DNA from: Podarcis melisellensis
Lineage: Eukaryota
Reading direction: 5' to 3' (one strand)
NCBI GenBank assembly: GCA_964234715.1
Contig: OZ174279.1
Length of the DNA: 64,000 bases
Shown: positions 1 to 12,400 of the stretch, piece by piece
Numbering within the stretch: position 1 is the first letter of the stretch
Layout of the letters: every line of letters starts with the position of its first letter
The notes under the pieces: generated by a model
What the model saw: only the letters and a program-made list of their open reading frames with translations
Told to the model about the DNA's origin: nothing
Database searches by the model: none
Position numbers and translations under genes: made by a program

Positions 1-3000
1 AGTTCCACAGGTGGACCAGCATAAAAGCTATTATAGGGAAGACTATCTGAAGGGAAGTTAAAACCAGGATGAAGGCAGGAAAGCTGTTAAGGAAGCTGAC
101 AGATTGGAAAGCAGAGAAGATAGGCAAGAGAGCAGACCTAGGTGACAGGCAGGTACCTGGAGCAAGATGACAGAGCTGTGTAAGCAAGGCTAGAATCTGG
201 TTGTTGATCCAAGCAAAGCCCCAGCCTTAACCCAGAAGCATTTATAAAAAGTCTAGGTCTAACAGATGACCTACCTGGGTGGGATGCAGCATGCTTGGAC
301 TCAAAAGGACCATGCTGCCCATTCTTGCTCCTGCATCTATGGCTCACCACAAAAGGCATCACTGCACAAGCCAAGGAATCCTGGTTTGAATCTCACTCAG
401 CCAATCCTGAGAAAACGTTCCTAATGAAAACACAGTGTGCAAGTTAAATTAATGGTCAGTTCAGAGAAGTGCAACATTTCAGGGCCAAACTACGTGTGAC
501 ATTATCCATGCATTTAAACAATATTGCATGTATTTAATTTGAAGATTTACATCCTCTTTTCGATCAAATGATTCTCAAAGTAGGTTTCAAACGGCAGACA
601 TGAAACCCTAAAACTAATGTTCGTGCACGCACAGCCCTTAGGCTCTTGGCTCATGAATGAAGCCTAGCTGCTTTTATTTTGGTGGGGGGTGGGGGGAGGA
701 AAGCAGATCTGAAATGTCACCATCTACTTTACAGGCTTGTTGTGAGAATGAAAAAGGAGGGGAAACTATGCATGCCCCCCCAAGCTGTTTGGAGGAAAGG
801 TAATGTTAGGATGCAGAGCAATTTAATCAGCAGCTAAAATGCATTGAAAATATGCAGGTGCATTGAATGCTGATTTCCATGGTTCTGCTGTTTTGAAGAA
901 GGCCAAAGGCCACCCACGTTTCCTAAGCAGCTGGCTTCTAAAATCTCTGGTTGAAATCGCCCTCTCATAAACTTGTTCACTTACAGACAGACAGCAGAGG
1001 CAGTTTTCTGAGTGAGTGAAGCCTGTCAAAAGCTTGTCAGTGAAGGCAGACTGCTTTGCCAGCGCCAGATTGATTCCTTGTTAAATTTACTATTCTGAAA
1101 AAAAATCTGGAGAGATGAGCAGTCCATAAGGCAGTCAGTCACTGGAAAGTGAACTTGATATTCATTAGGGATTTGTCATTGTCATTAAAATTCTGGATTT
1201 CAGGCTTCGTGCCAGATCCTTCTGGACCCGAGCCAGCAGTGCAAGGCTAGACACCTTTTCCCAGGTCCTTTTAAAAATAATTATTACTTCCAGAATAAGG
1301 TGTGAGCACAGTGTTTAAAGAAGAAGAAGAAGGGGAGCGGCAGGAGATGCAGGCCTTGCCTTTAGGCTTACGATCTATGTAAGTAGCTAGATAAACAAGG
1401 GAAGAGGAATGGAGGAAAATCACCAGCCAGGAGTTCTGTTTCAGAATACCAGACTGAGCTGAGGTTTTTTATCAGACATTTAAAACAGACCAACAGAAGG
1501 AGCCAGATGGATACCAAAAGGCAGAGCTTCAGTGATAGGGAGAAGCAAGGGAGAAAGGTTATACATAGATAGCAAATGGACAGTGTGAATTTTAGGCTCA
1601 TGGAAAGCAACAATACTGCTGAAATAGAGGAAGAGAGCAAAAGAAGAAGCGTGAGTTTAATAATTTCCTCTTTTCTCAAGCACAGCAGTGTACTTTTGCC
1701 TGCTTTGCCAGTGTTTGAGAAGGAGGGCACTGGAAGCATCACTAAGAGTTTTAACATCCCATCCTAGAATCAGTAGAGTTGACTCTGTTTACATGTTTTC
1801 TGGTCACTTTGCCACTTAACCAGTGGGATGAAGAGCCCTGTCCCAATTTCTTGACACTGTTGCTCCCAGGTAAGGACAGTAGAAATTTGTTTCAGTTCAC
1901 ATTTAAAGGCGAACCCACATAATTTGCACTTCCTGAAACAATACTTTGACTGCAGCACAGCCGTCCTTTTACATTTACACTTCTCTGAATTTTGCAGTGT
2001 AGTTTTCCAGCCAATTAACATGCACAAAAAATGCATGTACTTGGTTAAGGTCTGCATAAAAATGCATATATAAGTGAAAAATAACATACAATAAAAGGCA
2101 TTACATTAAGGGAAATCACTTTGCAAAAAATGAGTCTTTTATGCAAAATTGCATAAAGATGTGTATGTTAATGAAAGACATGCACAAGAATACTAATGGA
2201 TATTTAGGAGGACTTTTATTTTCTAAAAAAAGTTGCAAGCTGACATGGTAATGTACAGAACTGAACTGCGGATTGGAAAAATGAGAAACGGAGACACCCT
2301 GAAACTGATAGATTCACCCATCCCTCCCTCTAGGTGGCCCCTTGCCAAGCAGTTGAACAAGTTTCCCATGAGATAAGCTGCAAGAAAAATGACTTGCATG
2401 CAGATAGAGAGAAACTCAGGCTGAATATGATCAAGCACAGCTTGGAGAAGCTCATTTTAGAGCTCATCTTGGCTGGAGCAGGGTTGACATTAAACTCCTG
2501 TCCCTTTTGCCTTATATTAACATATCTAGCCCAGCTAATTTGATTAACAAGCTGCAGTAAATGCACCAGTGCATCAAAGCAGGCAGTGCTGATGCCTACC
2601 TGGTTGAAAGACGTAGTGTTCTGACCCTTGCTTGAAACAGCATTTCCTTGGATCCAGAAGTGTGTAACAACTATAGGACTGTTTCAGCTTTGCCAGTTTG
2701 GGGAATAATAGTTGAGGCAGTGTCCACCCGGCTCCATAGGCATGTCATCGGAAGGTGCGCATGATTCCCATAATTATGATTTTCATATTGGCAAAATAAG
2801 CCATAGTATGGGAATTGTGGGGTGACTTACTTCATTGGGTATCAATTGTGGGTCTTCTTGTGACTCCATCACTTGATGCCAGCCAAAACTCTATTAAGTT
2901 TGTGGCTGGATTTGAGAAACCTACCATTTCTTTCTTGGTGGAAATATGGCACTTGATGCATGTTAGAATTTGTTAACACAGGATGAGGTCAGTTTGGTCC

Positions 3001-3669
3001 TTAGATGTTTAATTTTAGGTAGTTTTCATAATTTGTTGTCATAGGGTACACTTGAGCTATAACTTATTGCGCATAATAGTCCAATATGATTAATGCAAAT
3101 GCTTCATATTAATGCAACTGCCATCCTTCTTTTTCAAACAAAGTAAATTGTCATCAAAAAAGGCATGCAGATTGGATCCTGTCATACTTTGGCTTAAGAT
3201 AATAAACACAAAACCTCTGATGACTGGCTACAAAGAGGAAATTCCAAAGTCTACACATACTGGACAGAAATGCCTCTGGTTTCTTTAGCCAAACAGAGCT
3301 AGCTTCATAATCTGCTGAATAATACAGTTAATACCACGCAAAAACACTCCATGTGATGGAAGAGATATACAAAAGCCGCTTTGTAATAGTTTTGTTTTTC
3401 TCTTCTGTCTGCCATTACTTACTTATCTTTTCAGAAAGCTTCTAAATTTATTCAGAAGCAAAAGAAGATAGCAGTTCATTTCTTCTTGGCAGGGAAAAAA
3501 GATAATGCAGATGTGTTAGCCCCTTTTTAAGAGAAAACTTCTGCCTCGTTTTATTTAAACCTTAATTACCATGTAATCCTAACTGTTAAAAGCCAAGTGG
3601 AAACCTAATTGTTTCTTGTGTTGTTTTGTCAAATGCGGGACGTGATTATTGATCCGCATTGTGTGATTT

Positions 3670-3856
3670 AGGAACATAGGGAAGTGTCAGACTGTTGGGC
3701 CATCTAGCGTGGTATTGTCAACACTGACTGGCAGCAGAGTTCTCCACAGTTTCAGACAGAGGATATTCCCTGTCTTACCTGGAGATGCTATGGATTGAAC
3801 CGGGGACCTTCTCCATGCAAAGCAGGTGCTCTACCACTGAGTTCCAGCCTTTCCCT
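3670..3856 (-). mobile_element. Degenerate tRNA-derived SINE
   Basis: Reverse complement reads ggctggaactcagtggtagagcacctgctttgcatggagaaggtccccggttcaatcc (A/B-box tRNA-like head) followed by a SINE body. Similar copies lie near 4905-5050 and 42840-42950. Boundaries approximate. Confidence 0.6.
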
Positions 3857-3888
3857 GCTTTTAGGGTGACTACCAAACCTGTAGTCAA

Positions 3889-4389
3889 AAACCTAGACAT
3901 CATCTTAAAAAGTACAGACATCACTTTGCCAACAAAGGTCCATATAGTAAAAGCTATGGTTTTCCCAGTAGTGATGTATGGAAGTGAGAGCTGGACCAGA
4001 AAAAAAGGCTAACCGCTGAAGAATTGATGCTTTTGAATTATGGTGCTGGAGGAGACTCTTGAGAGTCCCATGGACTGCAAGAAGATAAAACCTATCCATT
4101 CTGAAGGAGATCAGCCCTGAGTGTTCACTGGAAGGACAGATCGTGAAGCTGAGGCTCCAATACTTTGGCCACCTCATGAGAAGAGGTGGAAAGACCCTGA
4201 TGTTGGGAAAGATGGAGGGCACAAGGAGAAGGGGACGACAGAGGACGAGATGGTTGGATAGTGTTCTCGAAGCTACCAGCATGAGTTTGACCAAACTGCG
4301 GGAGGCAGTGGAAGACAGGAGTGCCTGGCGTGCTCTGGTCCATGGGGTCACGAAGAGTCGGACATGACTAAACGACTAAACAACAACAA
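3889..4389 (+). mobile_element. BovB (RTE clade) LINE, 5'-truncated 3' fragment
   Basis: Broken frames LKSTDITLPTKVHIVKAMVFPVVMYGSESWT and LKLRLQYFGHLMRR..KTLMLGKMEG..RRGRQRTRWLD are typical of the BovB RT C-terminus. Ends in catggggtcacgaagagtcggacatgact plus a (CAA)n tail. Confidence 0.9.
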
Positions 4390-5202
4390 ATCCCATTTCA
4401 GGATTTGTTATTGGCACCTGGTGGAATTTTGTCAAAATCTAGTAAAAAGTAGATTCTGTAGGACATAGCCTACTAGGTATATCTGACAACAGTTGGAAGT
4501 ACTTAAAAAAATATTTTTACACTTTCAGTTGAGACTTTTCTTTAGCTGATTATCCAGAAATGTTGGACTATCTTCCATTCTTTTAAATGCCTATGCTTCA
4601 GGCTTATTTATCTAAATAAGAGTTCTGCCCTCTCATTTTGTAGTCTAGCAAACTGCGTAGCTTATGGCAATTCTTTAAATACTAAGAAATTCCAGTTCTT
4701 GATATTTCATTTTTTGCACCACACCATCCTTGACTGCAGTTATCTTAAAAACGTCAGTCGTTTAATTTCTCATCGAAAAATGACTTGGGGTGGATGTGTA
4801 CTGCCCTAGCATTGGCAGTGAAGTGCTTGCGATTGACAGGAGCGTTCCAATGCGGTTAAAGTCTGTTAAGAGCAGTTAGAAAAGCCAGTTACAACAGAGA
4901 GCGTTCGCTGTCAATCCCTGGCATCTCTAGGTAGGGCTGGGAAAGACCCCTGCAAAATCCTGGTGAGCTGCTGCCAATCAATGTCAACAACACAGAGCTA
5001 ATGGCCCAATGGTCTGCCACCATAAAGGGGCTTCCTATGTTCCTATGACAGATAAAGAGAAAAGAACTATACCGAAAGGGAGACTTTTTCAGTTGCTTAT
5101 AGTCTTGATACATTTAGCATTAGTTTTTAATTCTCGTTTTCTTAGAGATTATGCTAACCAGTTCAGAAGAAATAATCCAGGGATCTGCAACTTTTTGGGG
5201 GG

Positions 5203-5500
5203 TGTTATGTACTGAGTTGAATAAGATCCAAAATGCAGCAGTCTGATTGATCCTAGAACAATAGGATCCAGAATGCAGCAGTCTGATTGGTTCACAGGAG
5301 CCACCCAATCCAGCTCCAGATGGAAGTGAATCCGCAACCTGATTGGCCTACAGGAGAATCCCAGAATTAGCCAATCATGTGGGGCCCATTGTGTAAATAA
5401 TGTATATAAGGCAGACATTATGGGGAAACTTCCATTCCTCCTCACCACTATGAGCTGAATAAAGAGCATGAAATCCACTCTTGACTCCGAGTATATTTCA
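5203..5500 (+). mobile_element. Solo LTR (298 bp)
   Basis: TG...CA termini, GGGGG on both flanks (5-bp TSD, 5198-5202 and 5501-5505), several CCAAT/ATTGG boxes, TATATAA at 5403-5409, AATAAA at 5458-5463. Confidence 0.75.
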
Positions 5501-6990
5501 GGGGGCCAGCGGACACATACGGAATTTTGAGGGAGTGACGCGGTTTGTCCGTTACAAAATGGCTGCTCTGAGGGCCACAGTGTAACACAAAATGGCTGCC
5601 ACGTCCGGAAGAGCAGAAAAAGACACAGAACCACAAAAAAGGTGTAGGCAGTCATCCACCCCCCCCAAAAAAATCAGTAGGGAAAAAGCCACTTAATATC
5701 ATTCACCACATTACTCACAGAGAGAAGCTCTCATCATCTCTCCTCTGTTCAAAACATAAAGAAGGTTGGGTGTTTATTCCTGGCATCCATTGAAATAGGG
5801 GCACATCTGAGGGGGCATGTTCAATGTAGGATAAGCCAAACCAGTCAGGAACTGAGCAGGAAGCACAAACAGTCTTTAGTGCGTTGTGGATTTTTGAGGA
5901 GACATAGACTGAGATATTTTGTGAGCACCATAGGCAGTTCTGGCAGGTGCCACATTGGTAACCTTTCTGCCATGATTTGTTAGAATGCGTCCCACACATT
6001 TCCTCTTTCCTTCTCTTGTGTGCTTATAATTCAACAGTTCTGGGCTTTCTTAAACCAAACTTTCCATTTACATCCAGACGGTGAAACTATTATGAAGCCA
6101 GGAGGATTCGTATCCCGGTTTATAGTTCAAGATTTAAAGCATAGTTTCCTGGTTGGGATTAATGGGACGGTGTGGTTTAAGAAGCCCTGGAAATATTAAA
6201 TTATGGTGCAAGAGAGAGGGGAGGAAGGAGCAGAGGAGTTGGGGTATAGCCCCAAACACTCATTCTCAGTATAATAAAAAGCAGGCTTTATTAGACCAAG
6301 AACATTATGTCTGGACTGGAGCAACATCTGTTTAGTGGCCAGTTCTTCAATAATTGCTTACAGATTCCTCAACATCAATTTTCTCTGCCTTTCTGTATAT
6401 CTGAAGTAAAATATGCATCTGAACGTGTGTATTTGTGTGTTTCACATGCCCTGCTATGGGATTATTATTTTGAAAAAGCGGAATATACTTTTTTGAAATA
6501 AAATAGAACCCCAGATTCATTAGCCTTTCTCACGGGGCAGGTGCTCCAATCCGTAAATAATTTTGGCTGCTCTCTTTTGAACCCTTTCCTGCTCGTAATT
6601 GCCTCTTGCCTTTGCAGGAAGATTAACTGACAGCCTGTTTGGGTTTTTACATTTCAAAGAGTTATTCCTTTGTTATTGAAAGAGGATCACATTGGATTAC
6701 ATAGCTTCATAGCAATTGTGACCCCCCCCTTCCCAGTCTGTGGGGCCCTCCCCATAACTCTGCAGCTTTAACAGTGGGAAGAACATAAAAATTGGTGTCT
6801 GAAAGGCCTAAATCTTCTAAGCTTAGGAGATCAGGTACTTAATTTAGACAATGCAGATCAAACTTTGAGCATTAAGTTAGCCAAGAACTTGTTCTGGCCT
6901 AGCAGTAGCTCCATCAGAAAATTTCCAATTTGCTACAGGTTCAGCTAATGTGCATTTCTTAAAGCGTGTTTTTGTGATTGTTTCTTTCAG

Positions 6991-7045
6991 AGCGATTTGT
7001 GGTCTTTGGGGATAACAGCCATTGAGATGGCAGAAGGAGCTCCTC
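6991..7045 (+). CDS. TNIK: TNIK coding exon (55 nt; kinase subdomain IX, SDLWSLGITAIEMAEGAP)
   Basis: tttcag| acceptor and |gtgagt donor; translation matches the GCK-IV kinase motif; ends in phase 1, joining the next exon. Confidence 0.96.
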
Positions 7046-7690
7046 GTGAGTACAACCCAATTTCACACTTTATCATAACTTGGATTGCTGCTTGTTAAGG
7101 TTCATTATGAGCTATCAGCATGTCCAGTCCTGCAGTGATAAATTGTATATAGGCGATCACCAAGTAGAGCATTGAAATGAGATAGATATGGAATTCATAG
7201 GATAGGATTCATAGGACCCTTCAAGGTCCCTTCCAACTCTATGATTCTAAGTATTTTTCAAAGTATTTGCTTTATTTATTTATTTAATATGGATTTAAAT
7301 TTGTTTAAAATGCTTTTTTGTTTTTAGATGTTTCTAACCTATTTTAAATGTTTTATTTTATTTAATCACAGAACTGTTTGCCATCCCGAGCTCCTTTGGG
7401 AGAAAGGCAGGCATATACACACACACACACACACACACCCCATATTTTTTGCTCTACAGTGGTACCCCGCAAGACGAACGCCTCGCGAGACGAAAAACTC
7501 GCAAAACGAAAGGTTTTTTCGTTTTCGAGTTGTCTCGCAAGACGAATTTCCCTATGGGCTTGCTTCGCAAAACGAAGCTTGCCCCGGGGACAGCGGGTCT
7601 TCTCTTTTGAAGCAAGGGGCGGCGGGGAGATCGTTTCTCCCCACCGCCCCTTGCTTCAAAAGAGGTCCGGGGGCAGCTCTTCCCGCTGCC

Positions 7691-8122
7691 CCCGGACCTC
7701 TTTTGAAGCAAGCGGCTGCGGGGAGATCGCGTCTCTCCGCAGCCGCTTGCTTCAAAAGAGATCCCGGACCTCTTTTGAAGCAAGCGGCTGCGGGGAGATC
7801 GCTTCTCTCCGCAGCCGCTTGCTTCAAAAGAGATCCCGGACCTCTTTTGAAGCAAGCGGCTGCGGGGAGATCGCGTCTCTCCGCAGCCGCTTGCTTCAAA
7901 AGAGATCCCGGACCTCTTTTGAAGCAAGCGGCTGCGGGGAGATCGCGTCTCTCCGCAGCCGCTTGCTTCAAAAGAGATCCCGGACCTCTTTTGAAGCAAG
8001 CGGCTGCGGGGAGATCGCGTCTCTTCGCAGCCGCTTGCTTCAAAAGAGATCCCGGACCTCTTTTGAAGCAAGCGGCTGCGGGGAGATCGCTTCTCTCCGC
8101 AGCCGCTTGCTTCAAAAGAGAT
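7691..8122. repeat. Tandem array of six 72-bp palindromic units (plus a diverged copy at about 7600-7670)
   Basis: Unit cccggacctcttttgaagcaagcggctgcggggagatcgcgtctctccgcagccgcttgcttcaaaagagat starts at 7691, 7763, 7835, 7907, 7979 and 8051. Confidence 0.95.
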
Positions 8123-8127
8123 CCCGG

Positions 8128-8527
8128 ACACCTGCCCCAGCCGCTGGGCTTCGTAGCGCTGCTGCGAAGCCGGGCGGGGGGCGGGAACACCTGCCCCAGC
8201 CACCCCGCTTCGGAACGCTGCTCCGAAGCGGGGTGGGGGGGGCGGGAACACCTGCCCCAGCCGCCGGGCTTCGTAGCGCTGCTGCGAAGCCGGGCGGGGG
8301 GCGGGAACACCTGCCCCAGCCACCCCGCTTCGGAACGCTGCTCCGAAGCGGGGTGGGGGGGGCGGGAACACCTGCCCCAGCCGCCGGGCTTCGTAGCGCT
8401 GCTGCGAAGCCGGGCGGGGGGGCGGGAACACCTGCCCCAGCCACCCCGCTTCGGAACGCTGCTCCGAAGCAGGGGGGGCGGGAACACCTGCCCCAGCCGC
8501 CGGGCTTCGTAGCGCTGCTGCGAAGCC
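8128..8527. repeat. Alternating A/B ~60-bp hairpin minisatellite (~120-bp period)
   Basis: Shared leader acacctgccccagcc is followed alternately by ggcttcgtagcgctgctgcgaagcc or ccccgcttcggaacgctgctccgaagcgggg; about 7 units. Confidence 0.9.
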
Positions 8528-9382
8528 CGCGCCCCCCAGCCTTCAGAAGAGGTCCGGGGACAGACTGTCCCCGGACCTGGTCTGAAGGCGGTTTCCCTAG
8601 GAACGCATTAATTGATTTTCAATGCATTCCTATGGGAAACCGTGCATCGCAAGACGAAAAAACCGCAAGACGAAGAGACTTGCGGAACGAATTAATTTCG
8701 TCTTGCGAGGCACCACTGTATAAGACTCACTTTTTCCCTCCTAAAAAGTAAGTGGAAGTGTGTGTGCGTCTTATGGAGCGAATGCAGGCTGCACAGCTTT
8801 CCCAGAAGCCAGAACAGCAAGAGGGATTGCTGCTTTCACTGCGCAGCGATCCCTCTTGCTGTTCTGGCTTCTGAGATTCAGAATACTTTTTTTCTTGTTT
8901 TCCACCTCCAAAAACTTGTGGTCTTGGTCTGGTGCGTCTTATAGAGCGAAAATACCGGTATAATATCACAAGAATATCACAAGAAATATTAAAGCCCGAG
9001 ATGCCTTCACACTTAAGCTTGGTTCCAAGAAATGGAATGCCTGGTGGGGAAAGAGAAAACAGAGGGGTGGGGTTGTCCGGTTGCAAGTTCTCAGCAAAGT
9101 ACAACGGGTTCTGTGGGAGAAAATAAAATTAATTCTGGAACATGGCTGAAAGAGAAACTGTGCTGTAAGGTTAAGCCTGTAGCTCTTAGCAGGAGTCACG
9201 CATAGCACTGTGTTCTCACTGGGAGAGCAGAGCAGGCGTTAAAGCCCATTGACAAACTCAACAGGTTCAGCTTCCTGTGCCTCATGTGGTTGTAGAGAGA
9301 ACACCAAAAGGATTTCAATAAAGCACTGAATGTCTTTGGTAGAGTGTTCTATGTACTGTATTATGTTTTGTACTGTACCTGA

Positions 9383-9490
<108 letters not shown>

Positions 9491-12400
9491 TGAGTGTGCC
9501 CACCTACCGCTCTCCACATATGAGCTTGATTTGCATGCCGGAAGGAGCCACTGCAAAAACAAGACAAAACCCACCTCTGCAAGAAATGAGGTGTGATTTG
9601 GTCCTTATTAAAAACGGATGGTAAATTGTGTGTGCAAAAATTGGACAACTTCGGTGGGGGTGACAGGTTTTACAAATTGTAATCATTTGCTCATCAAAGG
9701 TATGGGCCGAATTCTATGTGTTAGGGGTGGGAAATCTATAGCCCATCAGCACCAGCCAACAGGTCAGGGATTATGGGATTTGTAGTCTACAAATACTACA
9801 AATCCCATCATCCTTGCCCATTGGTCTGTTGGCTGGTGCTGATGGGTGTTGGAGGGCAGCAGCATCTGGAAAGGTCAAAGGTTCCCTGTCTCTGAGCTAG
9901 GCCAGTACTTTTCAGAAGAAAAAAGACTGGGGAAGATGAAATCCTAAGGGTACAGAACAACAAAGACTGTATTAATCCAACAAGTTTCACATCAGATTCC
10001 ATCTTCAAGGACACTACAGATAACAGCAATGAAGATTTAGATAGTGTAATGCTATTGAAACAATTTATACAATATAATAAAGGCAAAACTAATAGCATTA
10101 GAACATCAGCAGAAAGGGAAAAGGTCATCACATTATCTTCAAAAACATTTGGAATCCTTGTGCATATATTAAAATATACAAATACTCCTCAGAAAGAACT
10201 AAACAAAAAACTTTAGTAAGACCAAAGAGACCTCCTTTTCCTCCCCCCTCCCCACCTTGATCCCAGTCTGGATGAGCATCCCACCCCACTCCAACTGCTA
10301 TTTTAGTAGACAAAAGCAAAGTACTCATGGCCAATCATATGCTCAGTGTCATGTCTATTTTGGCTCAGAGAGAGAGCTCTGGGATGGAAGAACAATGGGA
10401 ACCGTGTGATTAAGTGTTGGGTGGTGAGCCTCCCCTTCTACATCAGTGAAAGCAGAGCGTGCTAAGGATCCTGCCATCTGTCAGCCTTCTGGTTTTTAGC
10501 AAGGCTTACATTCACAGAGGAAAGCAGTGTTTAAACTCTGTTTGTTCAGAGTCCGAGAGATCAGCAGTTCCCTTCTGGACTCTGTGGTTTCAGAGTCCAA
10601 GGAGAAGTGGTCTTAAGTGGGTTTAGACCAGCCTGCCTATAGCATCTGAGGGTGTCTGACTCTAAAGCACTGTAGATGGAGATCTCTTGTTAAATATGGA
10701 GAAAAAATGGTATGTTGGCCGCAAAACCCCTTGGGGGCTGAAGATGAAGAAGTTAAGCCAGTGAAATCCACTGATAAGTAGCGGAGGATTTAGAGTCTCA
10801 CCTGCTGCTGCAAACGGGGGGGGGGGGGTGGGAGCAGAGGGAACGCCAAGGTGAAAAACGCTCCGCTCAGTTCTTGTCTTTGCATCTCTGCACCTGCTTT
10901 CAAATGACTTTCATTTGCTTAAAAGCAGTGGATTGTTTTATAACTCGCAGTCAGCCTATAATCAAGGCGAAACAGTGATTTCGTTTCATTAAGTGCTAGC
11001 ATTTCCTCAGTGTGCTGTGGTACAATTTTTATTCCTTTCTTCTCGCCGTAGTTGTTTTCTTGTGAATCAGTAAGCCTCAGCCAGTGGGTTGTATGCTCTT
11101 AGGGGTGGCTTTCGTTCAAGGATCTCGTAAGGCTTTGCAAGCATTTCCCCCTTGAATCTGGGCTCTTTCCCTTTTTTTTACTATCAGCTGTCAATACATG
11201 ATTTAATCAAGCCCTGCACTCCTTGATTTCCAGGGGGAAAGCCTTGTTAGTCTCTTTTGTAGTAAAAACGACAGTGTTTTATGGCATCTTAAAGACCAAG
11301 GGTTGTATCCAGTGAAGTAATCCTGTTAGTGCAAGGATTTCTGCTTGTGCAATGGAATTTCACCTCCCCCTGCTATTACCACCTGTACCCCAAAACCTGC
11401 TCCAGAGGCTTGGGACATTGCCCATAAAAGATTTGGGAATGGGGTTCACAGGGTGGGAAGATGGATGGGAAGTGCCATTGCACAAGTGGAAGTCCTTGTG
11501 CGAATGAGAAGACTTCATCTGATACATCTCTTAACACATTTATTGTGGCATAAGTTCTGATCATCAGATGCACCAGCTGTCATCCCGAATTGCAGATACA
11601 TGGTGGACAGGGTGGGTGAAATCAGAAGGAAATCAAATGATGGAACTGTGACTAAGGGTCTATTAAGGCAGAGTCGTAGCTACTGGGGGGGGGCAGGCGG
11701 CTAGCCAGGGGTTTCTACCCCGGGTGAAACCTCCAGAAGGGCACTATTGATGCTCCCAGTTTGTATGTATGTGTACACCAATAGACATGGGGGATGCCAA
11801 ACTGGGTCATTATCCCACATGAAATAAAGCCTAGTTTCACTCTTTGTAGTACCTCGTTGCTCAGGGAGTCTGTAATTGTTTGGGTGGGGAGATGCAGCAT
11901 TTATCCATGCACACATCCACAGTGCTTCCCAGGGTCTTTGCAGTATGCAGACTCTCTATTCCCCATTCTTCCATGCATGCACATGTCATCAACATCATCG
12001 TTCCACCCTTATTCCAAGAAGCCCAAGGTAGCTTTCATCATTTCCTCTTCTTTAAAATCTTAACAGCCACTCTATGATGATGGCTGCATGAGCACAGTCC
12101 ATTTAAAGCATATGCGCGCGCGCACGCACACACACACACACACAAATAATCCTGGGGCTGTAGTTTATGCCTCACAGAGCTACAATTCCCAGCACCATTA
12201 ATAAACTACAGTTATATATATGTGTGTGTGTGAGCTTTGTGACCCAGTGGTTTTTTTACTAACACAATGGGCTAGGATCAGCCTGGTTTTGTAACAGATA
12301 TATATACCTACTGTCCTATGAAGGATTGAATTTCTTCCCTTTATTTGAGTCTATAACAATAATTTGTCTGTCGCATTATAATTTTGCAGCTGAACGTTTG

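Larger units (their letters stand above)
7457..8718. mobile_element. pogo/Tigger-like non-autonomous DNA transposon carrying GC-rich minisatellites
   Basis: TA|CAGTGGTACCCCGCAAGACGAA ... TTCGTCTTGCGAGGCACCACTG|TA: about 22-bp TIRs and a TA TSD. Confidence 0.85.
7440..8958. mobile_element. Tc2/mariner-like MITE split by a nested Tigger-like element
   Basis: Left end ccatattttttgctcta continues after the insertion as taagac (8721). Right end gtcttatagagcgaaaataccgg|ta is its inverted repeat. Confidence 0.65.

Noticed and set aside
8128-8527. CRISPR-like repeat/spacer appearance
   Set aside because: The apparent spacers are two alternating repeated units rather than unique sequences; vertebrate intron with no cas genes.
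7328-8751. Overlapping 311-457 aa ORFs on both strands
   Set aside because: Artefact of stop-poor GC-rich palindromic repeats with periods divisible by 3 (72 and 120 bp) inside a MITE; no domain and no exon signals.
11276-11572. Second Penelope-like remnant (ggcatcttaaagac...ttgtggcataag..catcagatgca)
   Set aside because: Too decayed and interrupted to define boundaries or an intact ribozyme core.
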